From: Candidatus Bipolaricaulia bacterium
GTDB lineage: Bacteria; Bipolaricaulota; Bipolaricaulia; JBHIAT01
Length of the DNA: 38,238 nt
Direction: 5' to 3'
NCBI GenBank assembly: GCA_046758705.1
Contig: JBHIAT010000012.1
Span: 1-38,238 of the forward strand
Shown here: piece after piece, positions 18,683-27,691 of the stretch
Layout: every line of letters begins with the position of its first letter
Numbering within the stretch: the stretch's first letter is position 1
Made by a program: the position numbers and the translations under genes
Notes under the pieces: model-generated
Told to the model about the DNA's origin: nothing
The model's input: only the letters and a program-made list of their open reading frames with translations
The model's database searches: none

Positions 18683-20022
18683 ACGCGCTGCTAGAATTTC
18701 CAAAGGAGTTTACCTGGGGAGCGGCCACCTCTTCATATCAAATTGAGGGAGCCGTCAACGAGGAAGGTCGAGGAAAGTCGATCTGGGATACCTTTTGTAA
18801 GGAACCCGGCAACGTCCATGGGGGCGACACCGGTGCGGTGGCTAGCGACCATTACCACAGGTACAAGGAAGACGTTGATCTGATGGCTCACTTGAACTTA
18901 AACGCCTACCGTTTCTCCATTGCCTGGCCCCGGATCTTGTCTGAAGGAGTCGGGGAGGTCAACCCGGCAGGACTGGACTTCTACGATCGCTTAGTCAATG
19001 AACTGCTCAAGCACCATATCAAACCTTTCGTCACGCTCTATCATTGGGATCTGCCTCAGAGTTTGCAGGACAAAGGCGGCTGGATAAACCGGGATTCGGT
19101 CAGATGGTTCGCAGAGTACGCAGCGGTTATCGCTGACCGCCTTGGCGATCGGGTCAAATATTGGATTACCCATAACGAACCCTGGGTGGTTGCTTATGTG
19201 GGGCACGCCTTCGGAGACCATGCACCGGGAATGAAGGACTGGGGGAAGGCCGTGCAGGCCTCCCATCATTTGCTGCTATCGCATGGAGAAGTGGTCCCTA
19301 TCCTGCGAGAGTACTGCGGAGCAAACGCACAGGTAGGCATCACCCTCAACCTTCATCCAGCGTATCCGGCGACCGATACGGAGGCTGACAAGGAGGCCGC
19401 ACACCGCTTCGACGGCTTCATGAATCGCTGGTTCCTGGACCCGGTCTTTAACGGGGAATATCCCCAGGATATGCTGGAGTTGTACAAGCCGATGGGCCTG
19501 GAGATCCGTGACGGGGACTTGGAGACAATATCCGTCCCTGTGGATTTTTTGGGTATCAACTACTATACCCGCACTGTAATCCAGAAGGCCGAAGGTGGGC
19601 CGTTGGGGATTGAGATGGTGAAGCCGTCCGATGCCGAGTTGACAGAGATGGGGTGGGAAATCTACCCCGAAGGGTTATATAGACTGTTAACGCGCGTGAC
19701 GGACGACTACTCCCCGCCCGCCCTCTACATCACTGAAAACGGTGCGGCCTTCGACGACGAAGTCAGCGATGATGGAAAGGTTCACGATCCCAAGCGGGTT
19801 GACTACTTGAGGGAGCATTTCCGACAGGCTCACCGGGCGATTGAGGCAGGGGTTCCGCTTAAAGGTTACTTCGTGTGGTCGTTCATGGACAACTTTGAGT
19901 GGGCCCATGGCTACTCCAAGCGCTTCGGTATCACTTACGTGGACTACGAAACCCAAGAGCGCATCCCGAAGGACAGCGCCGCGTGGTATCGGGATGTCAT
20001 TGCTGCCAACGGCCTGACTTAG
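18679..20022 (+). CDS. GH1 family beta-glucosidase
   Basis: WGAATSSYQIEG, acid/base THNEP, nucleophile ITENG, WSFMDNFEWAHGYSKRFG; TTG start overlapping the upstream TGA. Confidence 0.96.
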   Translation: MNALLEFPKEFTWGAATSSYQIEGAVNEEGRGKSIWDTFCKEPGNVHGGDTGAVASDHYHRYKEDVDLMAHLNLNAYRFSIAWPRILSEGVGEVNPAGLDFYDRLVNELLKHHIKPFVTLYHWDLPQSLQDKGGWINRDSVRWFAEYAAVIADRLGDRVKYWITHNEPWVVAYVGHAFGDHAPGMKDWGKAVQASHHLLLSHGEVVPILREYCGANAQVGITLNLHPAYPATDTEADKEAAHRFDGFMNRWFLDPVFNGEYPQDMLELYKPMGLEIRDGDLETISVPVDFLGINYYTRTVIQKAEGGPLGIEMVKPSDAELTEMGWEIYPEGLYRLLTRVTDDYSPPALYITENGAAFDDEVSDDGKVHDPKRVDYLREHFRQAHRAIEAGVPLKGYFVWSFMDNFEWAHGYSKRFGITYVDYETQERIPKDSAAWYRDVIAANGLT

Positions 20023-20085
20023 TGTGTGAGAACTCCGACGGTCCGCTTGTGAAAAACATTACGGCGATCCGTCCCTTCATCTCTT
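20023..20085 (+). repeat. 63-bp direct repeat, copy 2
   Basis: Starts at the base after the GH1 TAG stop; 7 substitutions versus 12926-12988, all transitions. Confidence 0.92.
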
Positions 20086-20146
20086 TTAATATAATTTTAA
20101 TAATTTGTATAACGAAAGTCTTTATAGTAAAAAGAGACATGATACT

Positions 20147-21685
20147 ATGGCCGATATCCAGTATATCCTGGCCCACGATCTGGGCACCACCGGCGATAAA
20201 GCGACCCTGTACGACGTCGAAGGTCAACTGCGAGCCAGTCGGTTCAAGAGTTACGAGACGAGCTATCCTCATGGCAACTGGGTTGAGCAAAACCCGCGAG
20301 ATTGGTGGGACGCGGTTTGCCATGCGACCGTCGCTTTGCTGAGAGACGCCCACGTCGATCCAAACGAGATCGCGGCCATCAGCTTCAGCGGTCAGATGAT
20401 GGGCTGTGTGGCCGTAGATCAGGACGGCGAACCCCTGTGCAATGCCATCATCTGGGCCGATCAGCGCGGTGTCGAACAAGCCCGTCATCTGGAGCAAGCC
20501 TTGGGGATGGAACAGGTGTACCGGATCACCGGTCATCGGGTCAGTCCGAGTTATTCAGCGGCCAAGATCCTCTGGGTTCGAGATGAACAGCCCCAAATCT
20601 TCAAACGGGTTCACCAAGTGCTCCAGGCCAAAGATTACGTGGTTCACAAACTGACCGGGAAGTTCGCCACTGACTACTCCGATGCTTCAGGCACTAACCT
20701 GTTCGATCTGCGCGACAGGCAGTGGTCCGCAGAGATCCTGGATGCTTTAGAGTTGCCCGAGAGCATCCTGCCTCCCGTCCATCCGTCCACGAAGGTGGTG
20801 GGGGAGGTCACGACCGCCACCGCCCGTGCCTGTGGTTTAAAGGCCGGAACGCCCGTGGTAATCGGCGGTGGGGATGGATCGTGTGCGGCGACCGGCGCCG
20901 GGGTCGTTCGCGAGGGACTGGCTTACAACTACCTGGGATCGTCGTCCTGGATTGCCCTGGCGACGCCAGAGCCGATCTACGATCCTGAGTGGCGAACGTT
21001 CAATTGGGTGCATCTGGATCCCCAACTGTATTCGCCCTGCGGCACGATGCAGGCCGCCGGCGGATCGTTCCAATGGGCCAGTGAAGTGCTTGGCACGATG
21101 GAGGCTCAAGCGGCCCGACCCTTAGGGATCGATCGTTACAAACTCCTCGACTTTCAGATCGAGAAGAGTCCGCCGGGGGCGGGAGGCCTCCTGTTCCTGC
21201 CTTATCTGTTGGGGGAACGGAGTCCTCATTGGAACCCACGGGCGAAAGGCGCTTTCATCGGACTGACCCGCCGTCATAGGCGCCGGGATCTGGTGAGGGC
21301 CGTTTTGGAAGGCATCTGTTTCAATCTGCGCATCATCTTGGAAGCCTTTGAGGATCAAGGGGCGGTGATCGAGGCGGTGTGCCTCATCGGAGGCGGGGCC
21401 CAGAGTGAGATCTGGTGCCGGATTCTGGCCGACATCTATGGGAAACCCGTCCTGCTGCCCGCCTACCTCCAGGAGGCGACCTCCTTGGGCGCCGCCATCG
21501 CCGGGGGCATTGGGGTGGAGCTGTTCGACGACTTCTCGGTTGCCGAACGGTTTAATCCGGTTCAGGAACGTTATCAACCGAATCCTGACGATGTTGCCCG
21601 GTACAATCGCCTGTTTAACCTGTTCCAAATGAGTTATCGCCAACTGGTCGATGTCTATAATGAGTTGCACCCGTTCTCACCCTGA
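20147..21685 (+). CDS. xylB: FGGY family carbohydrate kinase (xylulokinase-like; substrate uncertain)
   Basis: AHDLGTTGDKA, FSGQMMG, IIWADQR, TDYSDASGT, FLPYLLGERSP, IGGGA. Confidence 0.85.
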   Translation: MADIQYILAHDLGTTGDKATLYDVEGQLRASRFKSYETSYPHGNWVEQNPRDWWDAVCHATVALLRDAHVDPNEIAAISFSGQMMGCVAVDQDGEPLCNAIIWADQRGVEQARHLEQALGMEQVYRITGHRVSPSYSAAKILWVRDEQPQIFKRVHQVLQAKDYVVHKLTGKFATDYSDASGTNLFDLRDRQWSAEILDALELPESILPPVHPSTKVVGEVTTATARACGLKAGTPVVIGGGDGSCAATGAGVVREGLAYNYLGSSSWIALATPEPIYDPEWRTFNWVHLDPQLYSPCGTMQAAGGSFQWASEVLGTMEAQAARPLGIDRYKLLDFQIEKSPPGAGGLLFLPYLLGERSPHWNPRAKGAFIGLTRRHRRRDLVRAVLEGICFNLRIILEAFEDQGAVIEAVCLIGGGAQSEIWCRILADIYGKPVLLPAYLQEATSLGAAIAGGIGVELFDDFSVAERFNPVQERYQPNPDDVARYNRLFNLFQMSYRQLVDVYNELHPFSP

Positions 21686-21705
21686 TCAACCAGAGGAGGT
21701 GGCGT

Positions 21706-22581
21706 ATGTTCCGATACTCAATCAGCAACTGGATCTACGGCAGGGAGGATCTGGCAGCGACCCTGGATCGCTTGGTCCGCTTCGACTATGACGGCGTCGA
21801 GTTGTGGGGGGAACCGGACGTTTACGATCCCCATCAGGTGCTTCGACTCTGCCAGGAGCGCGGCCTCAACGTGTTGTCAATCGCTGGTATGTATCCGTGG
21901 CCCACCGAGGAGCGGGATCTGAGCAACCCGGATCCCAAGATCCGGGCCCGGGCGGTCGATTATCTCAGGCGCTGCTGCGACTTTGCACATCTTCTTCAAG
22001 CGCCGCTGATCATCGTCGTTCCATCGGCCGTAGCCAAGACGAGACCGGTCGGGGATCCTCGAACGGAGGAGGCGTGGCAGCGAGCCATCGAGGCCGAATG
22101 GGGCTATGCGGTGGAGTCGGTCCGTCGAGCCGCTAAGTATGCAGAAAGTGGTGAAATCCTCCTGGCCATCGAGCCGATCAATCGCTACGAAACGTTTCTG
22201 TTGAACACGGTCGAGGAGGGCCTCCGTTTCGTCGACGAGGTCGACTCCGAAGCCGTAAAGCTTCATCTGGACAGCTTCCACATGAACATTGAAGAGGACG
22301 ATCCGGCCGAGGCCGTCCGAAACGCCGGCGATCGGTTGATCAACTTCCATGTGGCCGACAGCAACCGCCAAGGGGTCGGGCGGGGGCATATCGATTTTCG
22401 CGCGCTGATCGCAGCGTTGGTCGAGATCGACTACCAGGGAGCGTTGGCCATGGAGCCGTTGCCTCCGGTCCCCGATCCTTACATGGCGATCCGGATGTCT
22501 GGTTTCGGGGAGCTTCACGGCGCCTACGCCCAAGAATCGATCGAGCGGTTAAAGGCGTTCGAAGCCGAGGTCCGGGGTTAA
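21706..22581 (+). CDS. Sugar phosphate isomerase/epimerase, D-tagatose/D-psicose 3-epimerase-like TIM barrel
   Basis: EPINRYE, LDSFHMNIEE, HVADSNR...GRGHIDF and final E: the ketose 3-epimerase motif set. GGAGG RBS. Confidence 0.88.
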   Translation: MFRYSISNWIYGREDLAATLDRLVRFDYDGVELWGEPDVYDPHQVLRLCQERGLNVLSIAGMYPWPTEERDLSNPDPKIRARAVDYLRRCCDFAHLLQAPLIIVVPSAVAKTRPVGDPRTEEAWQRAIEAEWGYAVESVRRAAKYAESGEILLAIEPINRYETFLLNTVEEGLRFVDEVDSEAVKLHLDSFHMNIEEDDPAEAVRNAGDRLINFHVADSNRQGVGRGHIDFRALIAALVEIDYQGALAMEPLPPVPDPYMAIRMSGFGELHGAYAQESIERLKAFEAEVRG

Positions 22582-22627
22582 TGTTAGCTTTCCCTGAAAA
22601 AAAATAATGATAGAATGAGGTGATACG

Positions 22628-23623
22628 ATGGGCAAAGTCAAGTTCGGGCTGAGGGTCCCCGGCACCCCTATGGATGACAGTCAGGGGACAGTCTACACAG
22701 ATCAAATTGAAAACTTCCTGGAAAAGCTCGACGGGAAGTTCGACTCGATATGGATCTCCGACCACTTCTTCTCCTGTTTTTGGTGGGAGCATCCGCTGGT
22801 CGACACGTTGGAGGCGCTGACGACGCTGAGCTATTTGGCCGGGCGATTCCCGAGCTATGAGTTGGGCAACAACGTGCTGTGCAACTCGTATCGCAACCCG
22901 GCGTTGCTGGCCAAGATGGGAGCCACGCTGCAGACGCTCAGCGGCGGCCGGTTCATCCTGGCGATCGGAGCTGGTTGGAAAGAAGATGAGTATCGAGCCT
23001 ACGGCTACGACTTCCCCCCATTTCGGGTGCGAGTCAAGCAGCTGGAGGAAGCGGTCCAGATCATCCGCAAGATGTGGACCGAAGACGATCCGAGCTTTGC
23101 GGGGGAGTACTACCGGATCGAACACGCCCACTGCGAGCCGCGGCCGGACCCCGTGCCGCCGATTATGATCGGCGGGGTCGGTGAGAAGTATACATTGCGC
23201 CTGGTGGCCCAACACGCTGACATGTGGAACATGTCGGCTTCGGATATCGATATGTTCCGCCATAAGTTAAACGTGTTAAAGCGACATTGTGACGAGGTGG
23301 GACGCGATTTCAATGAGATCACCCCGGCGTGGAGCACAGAAGCGGTGGTGATCGCCGAGACCGAGGCAGGAGCCGATCGCTTGGCGCAACAGAGTCCGTT
23401 CAGTCGAGGCATTCCCCCCATCCCTCCGCCGGAAGTCGATCCCCGACCGTTTCCCACGGATCCGATGAAGGAGGGAATCGTGGGGACGCCGGAGCAGGTG
23501 ACCGAAGGGTTGAAGCAGTTTACCGATCTCGGCGCTGAGCACTTCATCATGCGGTTCGTTGACTTTCCCGATACAAACATGGCCGAGCTGTTTGCTGAGC
23601 AGGTGATCCCAAACTTTAGATGA
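22628..23623 (+). CDS. LLM class flavin/F420-dependent oxidoreductase
   Basis: SIWISDHF, YRNPALLAKMGATLQTLSGGRFILAIGAGW, PPIMIGGVGE; GAGGTG RBS. Confidence 0.92.
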   Translation: MGKVKFGLRVPGTPMDDSQGTVYTDQIENFLEKLDGKFDSIWISDHFFSCFWWEHPLVDTLEALTTLSYLAGRFPSYELGNNVLCNSYRNPALLAKMGATLQTLSGGRFILAIGAGWKEDEYRAYGYDFPPFRVRVKQLEEAVQIIRKMWTEDDPSFAGEYYRIEHAHCEPRPDPVPPIMIGGVGEKYTLRLVAQHADMWNMSASDIDMFRHKLNVLKRHCDEVGRDFNEITPAWSTEAVVIAETEAGADRLAQQSPFSRGIPPIPPPEVDPRPFPTDPMKEGIVGTPEQVTEGLKQFTDLGAEHFIMRFVDFPDTNMAELFAEQVIPNFR

Positions 23624-23686
23624 TGGGAACGGGAGCGTTCCAGGCTATCGGACGCCGTTCTCCGTCTGTAATTCAAACGAGCGATC

Positions 23687-23695
23687 TGCTATAAT
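23687..23695 (+). promoter_or_regulatory. Extended -10 element upstream of the MetH-activation-domain gene
   Basis: TGcTATAAT ending 12 nt before ATG 23708; no SD, so a nearly leaderless mRNA is likely. Confidence 0.5.
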
Positions 23696-23707
23696 AAGAT
23701 TTGCATC

Positions 23708-24427
23708 ATGGATGCTCAACTGGGGTCTGAATCTGGATTCATGCAGTTTCTCACCGAATCCGATCTCGTGAGGTTGCGAGTCGATGAGGCTAAGGTGTGG
23801 GGTCGGATGGGCTATCGAAACCGTGACCCTGCGGAGCTCAACGTCCAGATCCGTGAGGCGTTCAACCGTGCGATGGTCCTGGGGCAATCCCTCCTGCATC
23901 CCGTCGCCGGTTACCGCATCATGAATGTTGAGAAGATCGATCCTGAGGCACACAGGATCGTAATCGGCGGGATCGAGCTCATCAGCGAAAACCTGATTCG
24001 ACTGTTCGGGAATGCGTCACAGCTGGTGGTCTTCGTGAGCACTCTCGGCCTACAGCTGGAAGCGGAGGTGCAACGCCTGGCTGAGGAGGTCGACGATCTG
24101 CTGACCGCCTACATCCTGGACACATTCGCCTCCGAGGCGTTGATGTCACTGACCCAAGAGTTGGTCCGCGCTCTCGAGGACCGGGTCGGCATCGACGGGA
24201 ACCGAGTGACGCGCTATTGGTACTGTCCTGGCTACGGAGATTGGGACATCCGGGAGCAACAGAAGCTGTTTCAGTTGATCGACACAGACGCGCTCGGCGT
24301 GAACCTGAATCGATACTGCGCCATGAAGCCGAGAAAGTCCTATTCCGGCCTGATCGGCATTGGTCCAAAGGTTCATCCCATATCCGACACGTGGGACTCT
24401 GGCAACATCCCGTGGGTATCCCGGTGA
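23708..24427 (+). CDS. Stand-alone vitamin B12-dependent methionine synthase activation (reactivation) domain protein
   Basis: FVSTLG, AYILDTFASEA, YCPGYGDWDIREQ, LGVNLNRYCAMKPRKSYSGLIG match the MetH C-terminal AdoMet-binding domain. Confidence 0.82.
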   Translation: MDAQLGSESGFMQFLTESDLVRLRVDEAKVWGRMGYRNRDPAELNVQIREAFNRAMVLGQSLLHPVAGYRIMNVEKIDPEAHRIVIGGIELISENLIRLFGNASQLVVFVSTLGLQLEAEVQRLAEEVDDLLTAYILDTFASEALMSLTQELVRALEDRVGIDGNRVTRYWYCPGYGDWDIREQQKLFQLIDTDALGVNLNRYCAMKPRKSYSGLIGIGPKVHPISDTWDSGNIPWVSR

Positions 24428-24451
24428 AGTCTCGATATCCTGATTGGATCT

Positions 24452-25867
24452 ATGTCCCTCATCCGAGAACGCCTTCCCTCGACCGCTGAGTTTTATACCG
24501 CGCAATCGCCGGAACAGCTGTTCGCCCGGCTGGCCGATGAGCCTTACAGTTTCTTCTTGGACAGCGGGGCACAGATGGGGGGAGGATGGGGTCGGTATTC
24601 GTGGATGAGCTGCGCTCCGTTCCTGGTGTTGAGGAGTCGGGGGCAGGAGATCGAGCTTATCGACCGGGGTGGGAAGCGGACCCGATGTCGGGGAGATTCG
24701 CTCTCCTGGTTGGATGTGCTGCTCGACCGCTATCGGCTCCGCCCGGATCGCGGTCACGGGCACAGGCACAGGAACTCCCCACCCCCGATCGCCGGGGCGG
24801 TCGGCTACTTCGGTTATGATCTTGTCCGGTCCATCGAAGATCTTCCGGCGACGACGGAGGATGATCTCGGGATGCCGGATATCCACTTGGGGTTCTACGA
24901 TACCGGCTTGTGCTTCGATCACCTTACCGGGCGGTGCATCATCTCGGCTGTGGCGCTCGACGACCCCGCCGAGGACAAGATTGCAGCGCTGAGACGATGT
25001 CTGGAAAAACCGGTGTCTGTGGAAGATCCGCCTTGTCGGGTTGCAGGTGCCTCCCCAATCCGTTCCAACTTCACCCGAGAAGCCTATCTGGAAGGGATCG
25101 AGGCGGTCCAACGGTACCTGCGTGCCGGGGATGTCTACCAGGTTAACCTGTCGCAGCGGCTGGAGACGGTGACCCGCCTTCCCGGGTACGCCGTTTACCT
25201 GCAGCTAAGAAGGATCAATCCGGAGCCGTTCGCTGCGTACCTAAACTTCGGCGAGTTCAAGATCTTGAGCGCTTCTCCTGAGCGATTCCTCAAGGTCACA
25301 GGCCGCAGCGTCGGGACGCGCCCCATCAAGGGGACCCGTCCCCGGGGCGCAACCCCCGAGGAGGACCGGCGGCTGCGGGGAGAACTGTTGGCCAGCGAAA
25401 AGGATCGGGCAGAGTTGATGATGATCGTGGACTTGGAGCGCAATGACCTGGGGAAGGTCTGTCGCTACGGATCGGTCCGGGTAACGGAGCTCAGAGGAAT
25501 CGAGGCGCATCCCAAGGTGTTTCACACCGTCTCCACCGTGGAGGGGAAGCTGCGGTCCGGGGTGGGTGCGGGCGATCTGTTGCGGGCGACCTTTCCCAGC
25601 GGTTCGGTGACCGGCGCCCCGAAGGTTCGGGCGATGGAGATCATCGACGAGCTGGAGCCGACCCGCCGGGGGCTGTATACGGGTGCGATCGGACGCCTGG
25701 GCTTTGACGGAACGGTGGACCTCAACATCGTCATCCGTACGATCGTGATGAAACGGGAGCGTGTCTACTATCAGGTAGGCGGGGGGATCGTGGTCGATTC
25801 CCAATCGGAGGCGGAGTACCAGGAGACACTGGATAAGGCAGTGGCGCTGTTTGATACGTTGACGTGA
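24452..25867 (+). CDS. pabB: Aminodeoxychorismate synthase component I
   Basis: FFLDSG, GDVYQVNLSQR, SASPERF, TRPIKGTRPRG (PIKGT), EKDRAELMMIVDLERNDLG, SVTGAPKVRAM. Confidence 0.9.
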   Translation: MSLIRERLPSTAEFYTAQSPEQLFARLADEPYSFFLDSGAQMGGGWGRYSWMSCAPFLVLRSRGQEIELIDRGGKRTRCRGDSLSWLDVLLDRYRLRPDRGHGHRHRNSPPPIAGAVGYFGYDLVRSIEDLPATTEDDLGMPDIHLGFYDTGLCFDHLTGRCIISAVALDDPAEDKIAALRRCLEKPVSVEDPPCRVAGASPIRSNFTREAYLEGIEAVQRYLRAGDVYQVNLSQRLETVTRLPGYAVYLQLRRINPEPFAAYLNFGEFKILSASPERFLKVTGRSVGTRPIKGTRPRGATPEEDRRLRGELLASEKDRAELMMIVDLERNDLGKVCRYGSVRVTELRGIEAHPKVFHTVSTVEGKLRSGVGAGDLLRATFPSGSVTGAPKVRAMEIIDELEPTRRGLYTGAIGRLGFDGTVDLNIVIRTIVMKRERVYYQVGGGIVVDSQSEAEYQETLDKAVALFDTLT

Positions 25868-26743
25868 ATGAGGAGCCCGGCGTTGAAGCATGTGTGGATG
25901 GACGGCCATTTCATTCCGACGTCTGAGGCCAGGATCTCGGTCTTCGACCGGGGGCTCGCCTACGGGGACGGGCTGTTTGAGACGATGCGCGTCTACTCCG
26001 GCGTCGTTTTTCTATTGGAGCGACACTTGGAGCGTCTGTACCGCTCGGCCCGATTTCTTGATCTCGATCCAGGTTATACAGAAGGAGAGATCGAAACGGC
26101 CGTCTACCGGCTGATCGAGGGGAACGACGTTCGGGATGGACGGTTGAAGATCATCGTGACCCGGGGAGTGAGCGGTGCCGGGCTGGCCTATGATCGGGAC
26201 CGGCCGGCACAAGTGATCGTGCATGCCATGGAGCTCCGCGTGCCCAGTAAGAAAAACTATAAGCTCATCCTGTCCAGTGTCCGACACCTGTCGACCTCAC
26301 CTCTGACTCGACATAAGACGTTGAACTGCCTGGAGAACCTGCTCGCCTATCAAGAAAGTAAACACGCGGGCGCGGACGAGGCGCTGATGCGCAACGAAGC
26401 CGACCATATCACCGAAGGAACGGTGAGCAATCTGTTTCTCGTCTCGGCGGGAACGCTCAGGACCCCGCCGTTGCGATCGGGTCTGCTCCCTGGGATCACT
26501 CGGGAGGTCGTCTTGGAGTTGGCTCGGGCCCGCGGGGTCGCTGTGGAGGAGTCGGAGTTGACCCTGGAGGATCTGCGGGGTGTGGACGAACTGTTTCTGA
26601 CCAACTCGATCTTTGAGGTCATGCCGGTTCGGGAGATCGATGGGAAACAATTCTCGGTGCCCGGGCCGATCACCGAGGTGCTTCAGCAGTGCTACCGAAG
26701 CGCGGTGAGCGATTACCTGAGCCGGAAGGTTGGTTCAGTCTAG
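25868..26743 (+). CDS. pabC: Class IV aminotransferase, probable 4-amino-4-deoxychorismate lyase
   Basis: DRGLAYGDGLFETMR, PLP lysine HKTLN, EGTVSNLF, LPGITR, LFLTNS; directly abuts pabB. Confidence 0.82.
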   Translation: MRSPALKHVWMDGHFIPTSEARISVFDRGLAYGDGLFETMRVYSGVVFLLERHLERLYRSARFLDLDPGYTEGEIETAVYRLIEGNDVRDGRLKIIVTRGVSGAGLAYDRDRPAQVIVHAMELRVPSKKNYKLILSSVRHLSTSPLTRHKTLNCLENLLAYQESKHAGADEALMRNEADHITEGTVSNLFLVSAGTLRTPPLRSGLLPGITREVVLELARARGVAVEESELTLEDLRGVDELFLTNSIFEVMPVREIDGKQFSVPGPITEVLQQCYRSAVSDYLSRKVGSV

Positions 26744-26780
26744 TACTCCACCTTCATGCTCCCCTATGTTACACTGACAC

Positions 26781-27680
26781 TCATCCGATTCCGATCTTGC
26801 GGAAGTAAGCTCGGGTGCGTTTGGCAATGGGCAATGGTTTATCGAACGGTGGTGGGACCGGATACATGTCATGTTCGACAATCGCCCAACCATCGTAATC
26901 GATCTCGCGCAGCGCATCCCGAAACGCAAGAAAGTCCACCACACCTTTGGACGGTTCGCAGAACATATCCATCTTTACGGCTTTGATGAATGGAATCTTT
27001 TCCGCTTCGACCTTCTGTTTCACCTCCGGGTCAATGCTTTTGAGGTGCAGGTAGGGAATCCGATGGTGATATCGGTGCATAAAGCTGATCGGGTCACCGC
27101 CGCGATAGGCATGATGGCCAGTATCCAGGCAGAGTGACACACGATCAGGGTCGGTCTGCTCTAAAAGCGTCTCGATTTGATCCTCATACTCGACGTGCGT
27201 TTCGGTGTGGGGATGGAAGACGAGCCTGAGCCCAAAGCGATCATGCGTCAGATCGGCAAATTGATGCACAGCCTCGATCAACCGCTTCCACGCATCGTCG
27301 TCGAGGACGGCGGGCAACCTCGGTGCGGCGGTGCCCTTCACCCGCTCGGTGTATGTGTCGTCGATAAATATCAGGAATTCGGCCCCCAACGCGGACAGCA
27401 ATTCGCCCTTCTCCAAGATTTCCGCTTCGATCGAAGGCCACTGGGACTCGTCCTCAAAATCGCGCATGACGAACGTGCCGCAGATCTTTAAACCTCGCTT
27501 GTTCAACTCAGCCCTGAGCGTGGGCAGATCGTTCGGTAAATAGCCCCAGGGTCCTACCTCGATCCATTCATAGCCGGCTTCGGCCACCTCATCCAGAAAT
27601 CGATGCCACGGGGTTTGACGCGGATCATTGACAAACTCGACACCCCATGAATTGGGTGCGCTTCCGACTTTGACGTTCAT
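26781..27680 (-). CDS. iolE: Inosose dehydratase IolE-like TIM barrel
   Basis: GSAPNSWGV, FHPHTETHVE, LCLDTGH, YLHLK, WAIVEHD; directly downstream of iolD. Confidence 0.8.
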   Translation of the reverse strand: MNVKVGSAPNSWGVEFVNDPRQTPWHRFLDEVAEAGYEWIEVGPWGYLPNDLPTLRAELNKRGLKICGTFVMRDFEDESQWPSIEAEILEKGELLSALGAEFLIFIDDTYTERVKGTAAPRLPAVLDDDAWKRLIEAVHQFADLTHDRFGLRLVFHPHTETHVEYEDQIETLLEQTDPDRVSLCLDTGHHAYRGGDPISFMHRYHHRIPYLHLKSIDPEVKQKVEAEKIPFIKAVKMDMFCEPSKGVVDFLAFRDALREIDYDGWAIVEHDMYPVPPPFDKPLPIAKRTRAYFRKIGIG

Positions 27681-27691
27681 CGCTCTACTCC

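Noticed and set aside
12926-20085. 63-bp repeats as a CRISPR array or composite transposon
   Set aside because: Only two copies 7 kb apart, no spacers, no cas gene, no transposase and no target-site duplication that I could see.
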